64,000 nt of DNA from Calditrichia bacterium (GTDB taxonomy: Bacteria > Calditrichota > Calditrichia > JAJRVZ01): positions 192,001 through 256,000 of the forward strand of contig CAWCNS010000011.1 of NCBI GenBank assembly GCA_963796965.1. Direction: 5' to 3'. The notes below the pieces were generated by a model that had not been told where the DNA came from, ran no database searches, and was given only the letters and a program-made list of their open reading frames with translations. Both the position numbers and the translations under genes were made by a program. This document shows positions 1-10,759 of the stretch, in pieces; position 1 is the stretch's first letter, and every line of letters begins with the position of its first letter.

Positions 1-1575
1 GTATAAATGGAATTGATCATCATCGTCTAATGCCACATAAGCCATCCGTGTGCCTAATTTTGCTACAGCCGGTTTAACACGCCAGGTACCATGTAAATCC
101 AACCCATCCATGTAGAGTGGATGACCGGCAGCAAGTCGTGGATTCGTTCGATCACCCTGATTAAGAAATATCGTATGTCGAGCCGTACAATCACTCATTA
201 GAATATCAGGAAGACCATCACCATTCCAATCTGCCACTGTTGGACATGTATATCCCCAGCGTGCTTCTCCGGGACCCTGAATATCCATCCGGTAACCAGA
301 TTGAACATGAATCTCCTGTCCAGCGGCTTTTAATGGAACGGCTGGCAAAAAGGCAGGTATTTCATTTGACCCTATATTTTGAAAAAACAATATCCTACCC
401 TCAGAGTTACCGGAAACAAAATCCATTTTTCCATCCCCATTCCAATCCGAAACATTTGGGACAGGTAAGGTACCGCCATAAAGATCGGCATCTTTTTGGA
501 GAACCGGCTTAGGATCATTATAGATCGGTTTGCCGGTGGTTGTAAACTTTCCTGTAAACTGATAAAAGTACAAGGCTCCTTCACCGCCAACTACCAGATC
601 TGAAAAACCTGTTTTATTATTTGGATAGGCTATCGGAGAGGCTTTCACGATGGGATGGCGGTGGGCATTACCGTCTGATCGCACAATATGCACCCGCGCT
701 TCCAGGGCGACACCCTGATCCACGGTATTGTGATAATAGTGAAGGCCCCCGTAATGGGAGCCGACGATAAGATCTCGTTCTCGCCCGGTACCTAAATTTA
801 CGATAGCTAACTGATCATATGAAAACAATACCTCGCGTTGGGTTACCGAAATCTGGCGGATTTCCTCTGGGGGGCCGGCGAAAAAGGACCGTAATGTCAC
901 CGCATAGAGAAAAACATAAGGTAATCCTCCCCGCCAAATGCCTGCACCATCATAGGGTTGATACCGGGGATCTCTGCCACTAAAATCCTGCGGGCGACTG
1001 GAAACGCCATCGGAGATTTCAAGGAGAACCTCAACTGTACCGTTTGGGTTTGGCAGAATGGTAAGGTTCTGAGGATGTCGTGGTAAATTATTAAGCAAAA
1101 TACGATTCTTCACATCAAATGAAATTTTTTCGCGATCAAAGATTGTATGTACCAATTCACCCTTTTGAATCCATAAACCATGAATAGTTCCATCTGAAGA
1201 TTGGTAAATGTTGCCGGCAGGTGGGTATTTCTTCTCAAATGGATGGGTCACATGTACACCTTCACCAAACACAGGTGTCTCATCTTTCGATGTTTCCAGG
1301 AAGGGGAAGAGGAATAATCCGGTATCTTTGCCAAACCGGCCGGTGCCAACAAAAAGGTCCGGGTGATCTGACCCAAATACAGAGGCAAATCCAAGCGGCG
1401 TATTTATTACTGCATGAGTGGCTAGCGGACCCAGCTGATCATTCGTGCCTACCAGAATCGGTTTACCACTCGAAAGAGGGCTCGCAGACCACCCGCTTGT
1501 TCCAACAAGAACAATCATGAGTGGGATTGTAAAAAAGTTACGAAATCCGGGCAAGTGGAGGAGACCATTTTTCAT
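1..1575 (-). CDS. Secreted FG-GAP/VCBS-repeat protein (3' end runs off the window)
   Basis: Manual translation from ATG 1575 (MKNGLLHLPG...) stays open to base 1. It has a signal-like segment and FG-GAP motifs DWNGDGKMDFVSG and DWNGDGLPDILMSD. It is absent from the ORF track because there is no stop in the window. Confidence 0.8.
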   Translation of the reverse strand, partial: MKNGLLHLPGFRNFFTIPLMIVLVGTSGWSASPLSSGKPILVGTNDQLGPLATHAVINTPLGFASVFGSDHPDLFVGTGRFGKDTGLFLFPFLETSKDETPVFGEGVHVTHPFEKKYPPAGNIYQSSDGTIHGLWIQKGELVHTIFDREKISFDVKNRILLNNLPRHPQNLTILPNPNGTVEVLLEISDGVSSRPQDFSGRDPRYQPYDGAGIWRGGLPYVFLYAVTLRSFFAGPPEEIRQISVTQREVLFSYDQLAIVNLGTGRERDLIVGSHYGGLHYYHNTVDQGVALEARVHIVRSDGNAHRHPIVKASPIAYPNNKTGFSDLVVGGEGALYFYQFTGKFTTTGKPIYNDPKPVLQKDADLYGGTLPVPNVSDWNGDGKMDFVSGNSEGRILFFQNIGSNEIPAFLPAVPLKAAGQEIHVQSGYRMDIQGPGEARWGYTCPTVADWNGDGLPDILMSDCTARHTIFLNQGDRTNPRLAAGHPLYMDGLDLHGTWRVKPAVAKLGTRMAYVALDDDDQFHLY

Positions 1576-1640
1576 TGTCACGTAGATCCTTATCACTCCT
1601 AAAAGAATATGGGGAATACACTTTTAAATATTGGCGATGT

Positions 1641-1994
1641 TCAAGATTTTACAAGCAAAAGAACAACAAGGGCCGCTACTATAAGTATGCTTAAACCAAC
1701 CACAACAAAAAGTTTCGTTTTCTTTGCCTGGGGAGATAAATCGGCCCACCTGGTTTCTTTTCCCCATTTCTTCTTGTTTGCGAGTCCAATTATCATGAGC
1801 ACAATACCTATAACCAAGAAAGCAGGATTTTCTGTAGAGATTCCAAGAGGGATCCATGTTAATCCGACAATAAAAAGTACGCGGTAGTTAGGAACTTTTT
1901 TTCCCTGGTCTTTTCTTGTAGAAATAATTAGAACTATAATGCCGAGTAGAACAGCAACAGCAATTATAATTGCAATTAGGGATATATTTTCCAT
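1641..1994 (-). CDS. Small hypothetical membrane protein (about 4 TM segments)
   Basis: 117-aa ORF with four hydrophobic stretches; GAGGGG SD-like sequence upstream. Confidence 0.75.
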   Translation of the reverse strand: MENISLIAIIIAVAVLLGIIVLIISTRKDQGKKVPNYRVLFIVGLTWIPLGISTENPAFLVIGIVLMIIGLANKKKWGKETRWADLSPQAKKTKLFVVVGLSILIVAALVVLLLVKS

Positions 1995-2122
1995 TTAATT
2001 AAGTCCCCTCTCTTTTTGATTGCTTGGTGGTTGTAAATCAAATATAAACGAAACATCCGTGGTATAGGTACTATATCAAGAGTTAATGTTTACAGGCAAT
2101 TCTCAGAAGAGTTTTCACACCT

Positions 2123-3334
2123 TCACATTTCAAAGTCAAGCCAAATTAAATGATGATCAGAAGTTAATTTTGCTAAATTTGCGCCTAAAGAGTCTACCTT
2201 TGCATCCGGCCAATAGACGCCACCGCTGACAGGTTTCAAGTCTTTGCTGGGAAGCAGGTGATCAATGCGAAGACCGCGGTCCTTCCATCCCGTAGTACGT
2301 CGTTCAATATATTCAGGCGGGCCGGCTTTCTGACCTCTTAATGCACCCTCGCTTACCAGGAAATGTCCACAGTCATTTACTTTTTCATGCTGAAGTAACT
2401 GGTCAATGGAACGCTGACCTGTCTGTAACGTATCGCCATTGGGCGCAGCATTCAGATCTCCTGCGATGATAAAACTCTCATCTTCCCCTAAGCCCCCCCT
2501 GATTCCTAAATCATCCACCATTACCGGGTCATTATTGATATAATGGACCCACATTCGGATCTCGTCATAGTTACGGCGACCATTGCGATCTTCCTTTCCA
2601 TCAAAAACCGGGGGCGTTGGGTGGGATACCAACAAGTGAATGACCTGTTCCCCAATTTGAACCGGTATATCCCAATGAGATTTACTGGAGAGACGAAAAA
2701 TATCTATCTCATCTGTCGAATACCATTCCGTTGGTAGAAGATTGTTAGGTAGGTCTTTCCATAGGAATTTTTGGAACGTCCGCGCTTTTCCGGTCTGCAG
2801 GGGATAACGCGAAAAAATGGCCATTGAATATTGACCAGGATAGGCCCCATAACCATAGCAATCACCACCATGGTCACGAGATCCCCGATCTGCATCTGTA
2901 GCCACTTTGCCGTTATTATCTAAATCCTTCCCCGTAAGAAATCCTGTATTACACGGTGCAGCATATACATAAGGATAGTGCAACGGATTTTCACCCTTGT
3001 TTAAATAATCGTCGTTAAATCGGTGCGCATTGAGCGTAAGATCCTTACCATCCGCCAATGCCGCGATATCATGATCAATCTCATTAAGTATCAGTACATC
3101 AGGATTGAGTTTAGTTAAAATTTCCGCAGCAGCCAGGAGTTGCTCATTTGAACCATTCCCCTCTTCATCGATTTCAGTCAGTTTTTCTGTCGACATTTCC
3201 CACACATTGAACTGTGCGAATCGAACAGTATTTTCTGATTTGCTCTTTTCTGCTGCGCATCCACAGACTGACAACACCCCACCAAAGGCAATTAAGGCAC
3301 ATAGGATTAACACTGAAGACTTCATTTTATCCAT
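2123..3334 (-). CDS. Exported endonuclease/exonuclease/phosphatase (EEP) family protein, probable lipoprotein
   Basis: EEP motifs AQFNV, LILNEID, IAGDLNA, RIDHLL, TSDH; SHPTPPVFDG motif; hydrophobic N-terminus ending VCGC. Start taken at MDKMK rather than 3403. Confidence 0.85.
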   Translation of the reverse strand: MDKMKSSVLILCALIAFGGVLSVCGCAAEKSKSENTVRFAQFNVWEMSTEKLTEIDEEGNGSNEQLLAAAEILTKLNPDVLILNEIDHDIAALADGKDLTLNAHRFNDDYLNKGENPLHYPYVYAAPCNTGFLTGKDLDNNGKVATDADRGSRDHGGDCYGYGAYPGQYSMAIFSRYPLQTGKARTFQKFLWKDLPNNLLPTEWYSTDEIDIFRLSSKSHWDIPVQIGEQVIHLLVSHPTPPVFDGKEDRNGRRNYDEIRMWVHYINNDPVMVDDLGIRGGLGEDESFIIAGDLNAAPNGDTLQTGQRSIDQLLQHEKVNDCGHFLVSEGALRGQKAGPPEYIERRTTGWKDRGLRIDHLLPSKDLKPVSGGVYWPDAKVDSLGANLAKLTSDHHLIWLDFEM

Positions 3335-3472
3335 CGTTTTCCTCACTTGATCCAGAGATTCGTTTATAGTATTTCCCATTTCCTGAAGAGCGCTCCTGGA
3401 CATTTCCGGTTGATTCCCGAAAGGTGATGTAGATGGAATCCGTTAATTTTAATGGGCCCTTAAAATACACAT

Positions 3473-3769
3473 TCAACCAAAATCTCTCTTATTATTAAGG
3501 TCCCGCTTTTCTTTTGAAGATTTTTCCAGGTCTATGTTTAAAAGGTTTGCCAAATCACATATATTCCATATCACATCAAACATTTCATGCCCAATCTTTC
3601 GTCGCAACGCATCCATATTCTGATTTTTTTGATTTAACCTTATTAATTCATTACTTAATTCACCAATTTCAGAAATGAGATACCGAAAGCGTTGGTCGAC
3701 ACTTCTTTCAGACCAGTTATTCTTTTTGCATAATTCTTCAGCGTGTTTTTGGATTTCACTAATTCTCAT
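3473..3769 (-). CDS. MazG-like all-alpha NTP pyrophosphohydrolase
   Basis: SEIGELSNE and HEMFDV (ExxE...ExxD) motifs. ATG 3769 overlaps the stop of the upstream gene. Confidence 0.8.
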   Translation of the reverse strand: MRISEIQKHAEELCKKNNWSERSVDQRFRYLISEIGELSNELIRLNQKNQNMDALRRKIGHEMFDVIWNICDLANLLNIDLEKSSKEKRDLNNKRDFG

Positions 3770-6700
3770 TTTTTTCACTTATATTTAAATCTTCAATAGA
3801 CCTCGGTAAAAGTTGGTATCCACCCTTGTATGGCGCTGATGATTTATTTTGACCAACAATGCCAACAACCGTTACTTTTCCTGCCGGAATAGCGACACCT
3901 CCAAATAGCCGTGCATTACTTATCCACACATCCAGTTTATCGTCACCATCGCTAATCTGATACCTGTTGTAACCTTTAAATTTGCCCTGAGCAAGAAATG
4001 AAACATCTTCTATCGTAACCAGTTTACCTTCAAGGTGTTCAATCCCATCCCATTCCTGATTATTTATATCAGATATGCTGACCAATTGTGGTTCTGGATT
4101 TACTCCTTTTTTATGTACAATCACTTCTGAAATTTCTGCATCATAGACATATTCCGTCATACCCCGGTATACCACTAACGGTCCCGTAATTGTTACAGAA
4201 TCCCCCATACTCAATTTTGATATATAGGCGCTTCCGTATATGGCTACACCAGCCTCATCATCCTGAACAAATGCCGGACCGTTACGACCCAACTGATTCG
4301 TTGCAGTGACAATGCCGGATATCGTTTTTGCAGAATCACTATAAAAAGGTATACCCTGGCTGTCATTTTGTCTAAGTTCTTTTATTGAGAGATGTTCAAT
4401 GTCCGGAATTATTTCCAGATCTTCCAGTGATCTGGGATATAAGCGGTAACCCCCATCATAAGGAGTAGAAGATTTATATTGTCCCAAACAGCCAGCAATT
4501 GAGACACGTTGGGAAGGTATCAGAGTATTAATGATATTTACATCATTATCAAGATATATCTCCAGAGTATCTTTATCGTCTGTTATTTTATATACAACAT
4601 CTTCCAAAAAACGATCTTCTCCCAATATTTGTACGTTCTCTATTTTTAACAACTTGCCCTCAAGTATTTCTCTTCCACTCCATTCCTGTTCCTTTATTTC
4701 AGCGATCGTCACAGGATGAGGTTTTAAGATGGCACCTTTATCGTGTGGAATCAACCGAACCGTTTCTGAATCAAGTATAAGTTGTGTCAATCCAGACGAA
4801 TGTGCGAGAGTCCCGGTTAATGTAACCACATCACCTGTGTTCAATCTATTTTCGATATTGTCTCCATAGACAGCAATACCTGCCTGACCATCTTCAATAA
4901 AAGCGGTACGGTCACCTCCAAACTCCTGTGATGCTGTGACAATACCTGTAATCGTTTCAGTCGATCCTTTGTGTAGAGGTATACCCTTATTATCATTCAT
5001 TCTTGATGCATATATGCTGCTCTCTTCTTTTTCATAGATAAGTTTAAAATCAGCAACCACAGGGAGATGATCACTGGCCATTTCAGTATCCTGTTTAATA
5101 ACACCGTATTTTGAGAGCGAATCTACAGGCATAGCCGGTGTAAACATGACAAAACTATTTTCCAGATGGAGCACAGAACCGGAGTAGATGATATAATCCA
5201 ACCGGCCATTTGAATGTGACCCGGGTGTTCCCCTGCCTGTATGAGTAAAGGTATGTGGAAGGTTTGTAGAGAATGGTTTGGCATCTTCAAGAGAGGTGTC
5301 ATCCCAGTCCAATATAATATCTTTACCAAAAAGATCTTCCTGAATTATATTTCCTTCGATAAGCGTATTCACCTGCCTGGGATCCCCGACAAAGTTCATA
5401 TCTCCCATCAGGATTATTGGTGTCTTATCACTAATGGTTAGATCACCCCCTGGTCCTTTAACATCTCGCATAAAAGCAGCTATCGCGTCAACCTCATCCT
5501 GTCTGGCAGAATCATTATCACAACAAGCAGGATGAGCAACAATGATCAGCAAATCACTATTGAACTCGGGTCTCAAATCAAGTAGAAAGGCACCGTTGCC
5601 AAAAGGGCCTGCCGAACTATGGTATTTTATTGAAAATCGTGTTGCTAAAACATTGTCGCTGGTACGTTGGGCTTTCCAGCTTCTACCCTTTGGGGAGGGA
5701 AGGATTTCTTCTAAGCGAGAGGTGACATCGTCCAATTTATAATCCTGGTAGAGTTCAGAAAAACCAATAATATCTGGCTTTAATGCCTGATAAATCCTTT
5801 TATAAGCATCTTTCCTGTCCCTTCTAAAAAAACTGCTGAATAAAACATTGTGGGAAAGGATCCGGATATGATCATCTGATATTTTATTTAATGAATACGT
5901 TTCCAGGGGAGGATGTGTATATTTACCAATTTGATATTGGGCACCCCCACTTTCCGATGGGATAGATACACCGGTTGATTCGTCTTTGATTAGCAGTCTG
6001 ATTCGGGGTGAGGAAAATAATTTTAAATCATTAGAGATTGAACTCAGAGCGATGGTGATCTCATACCGGTCAGACCATACCGTTGGTGATATAATAAGAG
6101 AGAGGGGACCTACCCCAATTGTGTCTTTTTTATTTCCCTGATAAATCACACCCAGTCGCTCACCAAATCTAAACTCAATTTCAGCACCAAGGCCCTGAAC
6201 CGATTTACCTGTTCCAGGATCATTATCAGTATCCAGATAAAGCGTTAATAAATTATTGTTCTGTAACGACACTATTGAATCTGTTCCAAAATGGATATAC
6301 AGGAGTTCATCATCGTTTATTACTTTTAATAATTTACTTGAATTTGAACCTGGCTTTCCCTCACCCAGATTCGGAAAAATATCCCACTCTTTAAAATTTT
6401 CGTCAGCGCGTATTATGGGCAAGACATCATTATTGCCAATACTGAAGTTTGAGGTGAATACAGCAAGATCACTTTCAAAATCCGAATTTAGTTTAACTTT
6501 ACAGGAGGATGATTCTATTTCAGGTATCCTCCACTTAATCGAACCGCGATTCGCTTCGACATTTGACTGAATGGTATCCCAATTAAGTCCACCATCAGAT
6601 GAGAATTGAATACTGAGATTTCCTTTTATGGACGACTCCCATTTGATCTCTGTTTCAGCTCCTCCCTGAAAGTATTCACCACCAAACGGATTTAGAAGTG

Positions 6701-6806
6701 CAATTTGATTATCGGACTGTGCAGAACTTCTACCAGATAAGACCTGAAATACGATTAAACAGAGTAACAATGACTTATACAATATTATCTCCTCCTGCCA
6801 GGCCAT
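3759..6806 (-). CDS. Secreted EEP-domain nuclease/phosphatase with an N-terminal Ig-like domain and two C-terminal double-OB-fold modules
   Basis: Signal peptide; SHNV, GFSE, MGDMN, GRLDY, ASDHLPV catalytic motifs; repeats GIVTA...F(I/V)(E/Q)D..AG(I/V)A(V/I)YG...GD.VT.TG...LEGKL typical of YhcR/ExeM-like OB folds. Confidence 0.85.
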   Translation of the reverse strand: MAWQEEIILYKSLLLCLIVFQVLSGRSSAQSDNQIALLNPFGGEYFQGGAETEIKWESSIKGNLSIQFSSDGGLNWDTIQSNVEANRGSIKWRIPEIESSSCKVKLNSDFESDLAVFTSNFSIGNNDVLPIIRADENFKEWDIFPNLGEGKPGSNSSKLLKVINDDELLYIHFGTDSIVSLQNNNLLTLYLDTDNDPGTGKSVQGLGAEIEFRFGERLGVIYQGNKKDTIGVGPLSLIISPTVWSDRYEITIALSSISNDLKLFSSPRIRLLIKDESTGVSIPSESGGAQYQIGKYTHPPLETYSLNKISDDHIRILSHNVLFSSFFRRDRKDAYKRIYQALKPDIIGFSELYQDYKLDDVTSRLEEILPSPKGRSWKAQRTSDNVLATRFSIKYHSSAGPFGNGAFLLDLRPEFNSDLLIIVAHPACCDNDSARQDEVDAIAAFMRDVKGPGGDLTISDKTPIILMGDMNFVGDPRQVNTLIEGNIIQEDLFGKDIILDWDDTSLEDAKPFSTNLPHTFTHTGRGTPGSHSNGRLDYIIYSGSVLHLENSFVMFTPAMPVDSLSKYGVIKQDTEMASDHLPVVADFKLIYEKEESSIYASRMNDNKGIPLHKGSTETITGIVTASQEFGGDRTAFIEDGQAGIAVYGDNIENRLNTGDVVTLTGTLAHSSGLTQLILDSETVRLIPHDKGAILKPHPVTIAEIKEQEWSGREILEGKLLKIENVQILGEDRFLEDVVYKITDDKDTLEIYLDNDVNIINTLIPSQRVSIAGCLGQYKSSTPYDGGYRLYPRSLEDLEIIPDIEHLSIKELRQNDSQGIPFYSDSAKTISGIVTATNQLGRNGPAFVQDDEAGVAIYGSAYISKLSMGDSVTITGPLVVYRGMTEYVYDAEISEVIVHKKGVNPEPQLVSISDINNQEWDGIEHLEGKLVTIEDVSFLAQGKFKGYNRYQISDGDDKLDVWISNARLFGGVAIPAGKVTVVGIVGQNKSSAPYKGGYQLLPRSIEDLNISEKNEN

Positions 6807-6891
6807 TTATTTATAGTTAGTCTCATATGACAAAGGTGTTAAGTTAAGATTTAAATATGAATTTATAGACATCGAAATTTTAAATGAGTAT

Positions 6892-7028
6892 ATTAATTTC
6901 CCAAAATGGAGACTTGATTAAAAGAACTCACCCTAAATCCCTCTCTTAAAAAGAGAGGGACTTTGAAGAGCCCCTTCTCGTCATTCTGACTCCCGCCATT
7001 GCAGGAAAGGAAAGAGAAGGGGATTTTT
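6892..7028. repeat. Dispersed palindromic element, copy 1 (AATCCCTCTC..GAGAGGGA and CCCCTTCTC..GAGAAGGGG hairpins)
   Basis: Aligns by eye over about 110 bp with the reverse complement of 29867-30000. Confidence 0.8.
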
Positions 7029-7089
7029 ATTAAAATAATTATTGACAATTTATTCTTCTTTTAATCCGGAGACTTATGATCACATGATA

Positions 7090-10000
7090 TTATTTCAATA
7101 AAATTAATCGTCTGGATTGGGTATAGTTACCTGCTTCAATTTTGTAATAATACACCCCGCTAGCAAAGTCAGAAGCATCCCAGGTATATTTATAATTTCC
7201 GGGAGGAACCTGCTCATTTATTAATCTGGCGACTTCCTTGCCCACTGAATCGTACACCCTCAGGTTCACAAATTCGGTAGTTGGTAGTGAAAATTCGATG
7301 GTTGTGGCGGGATTGAAGGGATTTGGATAATTTTGTTGTAGTTCAAATACGAGTGGACCGGGGTGACTGATATCTGACAAGGTCAGTGTGAGATAACTTA
7401 AAGTAAAACGGTCTGTCCAAAACAACTGGTTATCACTAAATATATCGATGGTAACATTTACGCTGTCAGGAAGGGTCTGCGTAATAAAACTGTAAAACGA
7501 TAAACTCTGTTCTGTTTGACCGGGACCAATATCACTAAAAGTACGAAAATTATCTTCAATGGTGATTTGAGGATTATTGGTTTTTAGTTCTGCGGTTATA
7601 TTTGAGGCTGTGGTGATAGAGCCATCGTTACGTAACAATAAACGTACCCGTGATCTGTCTCCAACCTGTTGGGCAATATAAACACTATCAAACACAACCG
7701 GGCCAATAGTTGTAAATTTAGCACCATCAGATAAGAGGTTGTTGTAAACAGAATCCTGGGTGATCGTGCTAATATGGACCATAAAATCTTTTTCTTCCAC
7801 CCCTACCGGCCAATATCCTCCATAAAGTCCGTCTCCGGCGGAATTGTCTTCATGAAGACCATCGTCATGCATTCGCACGGTATCTGCCACACTTTGGTCC
7901 GTGCTTTTGATAATTGCGTTTACATAGATACTTTGGCTTTGTGGATTTATTATATTTGAGATGACAGATAAGGTATCTTTATTGGGCATGTAGAATATTC
8001 TATCGATGGTACAATCCTCTGCATAAGGTCCTGAACTGGGTGAATACACACTTAATGTTATAGACTGAGAGGAACTCGGAAGAATATCTAATTCAACATG
8101 GTAGACTGCATATACCCCGGCATCATCAACCTGAAGGATAGTCCCGGCACTAACCTGCGGATTAATCCCGTCTTTTGGCATAAGAAAACGGACCCTGGCA
8201 TGTTCGAATTGCTCATCAAAATTATTAGTGATAGTAGCCGTCACGATATAATTCGTACCATTATTAGCCGGGGCAAAGGAAATATCCAGGTTTTCGCCAT
8301 TATCTCCGGAACGTAGTGTTGGTGAAGGTATAATAGTACCGCCACTTACGCGGATCAATCGGAAAGCCCGCCGACCATCGCTGCATGCCTCCGTACTAAG
8401 GAAAAAAGGAGGTGTATCGATTGAACCTGAGTTTGAATGCGTATGCCCCCAAAGAGCAAGATCAATCCCCAGGGCCCCGAGATCCAAACTATTATTAAAA
8501 TCATAATGATAAAATAAAATTTTTAGCAGGGAATCATCGAGATTATTTACCTCGTTCTCAAGCCAGTCCAATTGACTTTCCAGGAAACTTTCCCCACCAT
8601 AAATATCTGGTCGCCACCCATCATAATTCAGATAAGCTTCCAGGCCAATAAACTGACATTGGCCATAATTAAATGAATAGTCCTGGCTAAAGGGAGGATT
8701 TAACCCTCCGGGCTTATCAAGATACTTCCAACCAAAAAAACGCCACCAATTTCTTCTTGCTGTTCCATCCGACATGGGTGTAGCATTCCATCCACCAAGA
8801 TCATGATTTCCCGGAACCAAATATAAAGGCACCTTGAATTCTGACAACAGGTTTTTTGCTTTTGTAAATTCTCTAAAATTAAATAGGTCCTCCAGTTCAC
8901 CCTCGTTTATAAGATCCCCTGTATGGAGGACAAATTCTGGGTTTATCAGTTCTATATCTTTCATCACTTCTCTAAGATCTGCAATTTCTGAAGAGTCTTG
9001 TTCGAAATTATCATCTCTGCAAAAATAGTGGGTAGGCAGGTGGGTATCTGTAATATGGATAAAATAAAAATCATCCCTGAAACTTTGAATAACATTTACC
9101 GCATTCCGGGAGATATCTGTTTCTCCTCCTAAAATCTCCAATTTTAAATCGTAAAGACGGTAAGCAATATTTTCCGGGATTAGAGATTTTAAAATCCATA
9201 ACTGTCGATCAGAATCAAAGGCTTGACTCAATGCGACAAGGCCAACTTCATAATCTTCTGACAGGAGAAAAGCCGACCAGCCAGAAGGACTTTCTAACAA
9301 ATCACATACTATATTCAGGGTGTCACCGGATTGAATAATAGCCGGAATATTTATCAAGGGTTGCTGTATAAGTGTCAGCGTGTCACCAATGGCCATTGTT
9401 GGCAATGTCTCTATATCTGAGAGGTAGCGGGGTTGCAATTTATAACTGCCCATATCATACACCAGAATACCTGATATAGAAGAGAGAGGTGTGCCAGTAA
9501 TAGGGATTTCAAAAGAGATGTCCGCTGCATCATTTCCAATAATGGTAAATCCATTTAAATCAGTACATGCGCCCTCGATAGTGCTAACTTCCCACTCTCC
9601 ATCTCCAAGATCATCTTCGGATATGTAAACATCATTTATGCGAACCAATACCCCTTCATATAATTCCGAATTTGAGGCCTCTGAAGCAATTTCGTTGGTA
9701 GTCACGACCTCAGCCTGAGGTAGCGGATTTCCTATACTTAGAATGTCATTTTTATGAACCAGAATCCCCATCATGCCATCAGATACATATAGAGTTCCGG
9801 TTATACGCAAGGCATCTCCCTCATTTGCATTTAATGTGGCTGTACTATCGTAAATTAATATACCGCTAAATGATCCTCCATCAGGTTCTTCTATGAACGT
9901 TTCGTTGGGATGATAGACTCCGGTAGCAACGGTCACGATACCTTGAACGGTTACAGTATCGCCTATAAGTGCGCTATTTTGTTTGACCTGCGGTATTGTA

Positions 10001-10671
10001 TAAATAGATGAAGTATCGCCATCAGCGATATCTGAGCGATAACGTGGTTCAACTTTAAAATTGTTATTACTGTAATAAAGTATACCGATTATGGCCGCTA
10101 TCTCTGTACCGATTTCCGGCACATCATATAAAAGATTATCGGCATCATCATCAATCCGGCAAGCCCCGCTTCCGTCATCGACAAGCCATTCCCCTTCCCC
10201 AAGACTGTCCTGAATAACGGAAACATTTTTAACTTTTACCAATACACTTTCAAAAGATTCCGCTTCTGAAGAACCCGTGGAGAGATCACTCGTATTAACC
10301 ACCTCAACATTGGGCAAAGGATTCCCGCTGCTAAATTTGTAAAAACTGCCCACAACAATTTCAGTTAATCCATTATTTTCAGAGACAACCCCAATGACAC
10401 GTATACGGTCGCCCTCTTCAACATATAATGATGCAGATGCATCCCAGAGCGCAATCCCACTCCATGCTCCGCCATCGGCATCACTCATAAAGGTTCTTCT
10501 AACATCAAAAATACCGGTACGCGCGGTAACAATTCCAACAATCGCAACTTCTTTTCCTTGCAAAGAAGGATCCTGCTGAACTGTATAAATATCTGTTACA
10601 ACAGGCTGTGCATTAAGTTGGAATGAAAGCAGAATGAATAGCGTAAGTGATAATTTTATTTTTATTCTCAT
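7090..10671 (-). CDS. Secreted protein: two double-OB modules, calcineurin-like metallophosphoesterase, choice-of-anchor-like segment and C-terminal sorting domain
   Basis: DTH, HTGDL, PGNHD, FYH, WGHTH metallophosphoesterase motifs; DDGLHED..AGDGLYG; LQQNYPNPFNP...SGVYYY CTD. Confidence 0.88.
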   Translation of the reverse strand: MRIKIKLSLTLFILLSFQLNAQPVVTDIYTVQQDPSLQGKEVAIVGIVTARTGIFDVRRTFMSDADGGAWSGIALWDASASLYVEEGDRIRVIGVVSENNGLTEIVVGSFYKFSSGNPLPNVEVVNTSDLSTGSSEAESFESVLVKVKNVSVIQDSLGEGEWLVDDGSGACRIDDDADNLLYDVPEIGTEIAAIIGILYYSNNNFKVEPRYRSDIADGDTSSIYTIPQVKQNSALIGDTVTVQGIVTVATGVYHPNETFIEEPDGGSFSGILIYDSTATLNANEGDALRITGTLYVSDGMMGILVHKNDILSIGNPLPQAEVVTTNEIASEASNSELYEGVLVRINDVYISEDDLGDGEWEVSTIEGACTDLNGFTIIGNDAADISFEIPITGTPLSSISGILVYDMGSYKLQPRYLSDIETLPTMAIGDTLTLIQQPLINIPAIIQSGDTLNIVCDLLESPSGWSAFLLSEDYEVGLVALSQAFDSDRQLWILKSLIPENIAYRLYDLKLEILGGETDISRNAVNVIQSFRDDFYFIHITDTHLPTHYFCRDDNFEQDSSEIADLREVMKDIELINPEFVLHTGDLINEGELEDLFNFREFTKAKNLLSEFKVPLYLVPGNHDLGGWNATPMSDGTARRNWWRFFGWKYLDKPGGLNPPFSQDYSFNYGQCQFIGLEAYLNYDGWRPDIYGGESFLESQLDWLENEVNNLDDSLLKILFYHYDFNNSLDLGALGIDLALWGHTHSNSGSIDTPPFFLSTEACSDGRRAFRLIRVSGGTIIPSPTLRSGDNGENLDISFAPANNGTNYIVTATITNNFDEQFEHARVRFLMPKDGINPQVSAGTILQVDDAGVYAVYHVELDILPSSSQSITLSVYSPSSGPYAEDCTIDRIFYMPNKDTLSVISNIINPQSQSIYVNAIIKSTDQSVADTVRMHDDGLHEDNSAGDGLYGGYWPVGVEEKDFMVHISTITQDSVYNNLLSDGAKFTTIGPVVFDSVYIAQQVGDRSRVRLLLRNDGSITTASNITAELKTNNPQITIEDNFRTFSDIGPGQTEQSLSFYSFITQTLPDSVNVTIDIFSDNQLFWTDRFTLSYLTLTLSDISHPGPLVFELQQNYPNPFNPATTIEFSLPTTEFVNLRVYDSVGKEVARLINEQVPPGNYKYTWDASDFASGVYYYKIEAGNYTQSRRLILLK

Positions 10672-10759
10672 AATTTTGAATCTCTCTGCAATATCGTCTT
10701 TTGTAATTTCAGGCGCAAGAAATCAATCATTAAATTACTAATAATTAGTATTAGTTTTT

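Noticed and set aside
240..1887. Short ORFs at 240-512, 372-590, 1221-1520 and 1609-1887
   Set aside because: Shadow ORFs over the real minus-strand genes at 1-1575 and 1641-1994.
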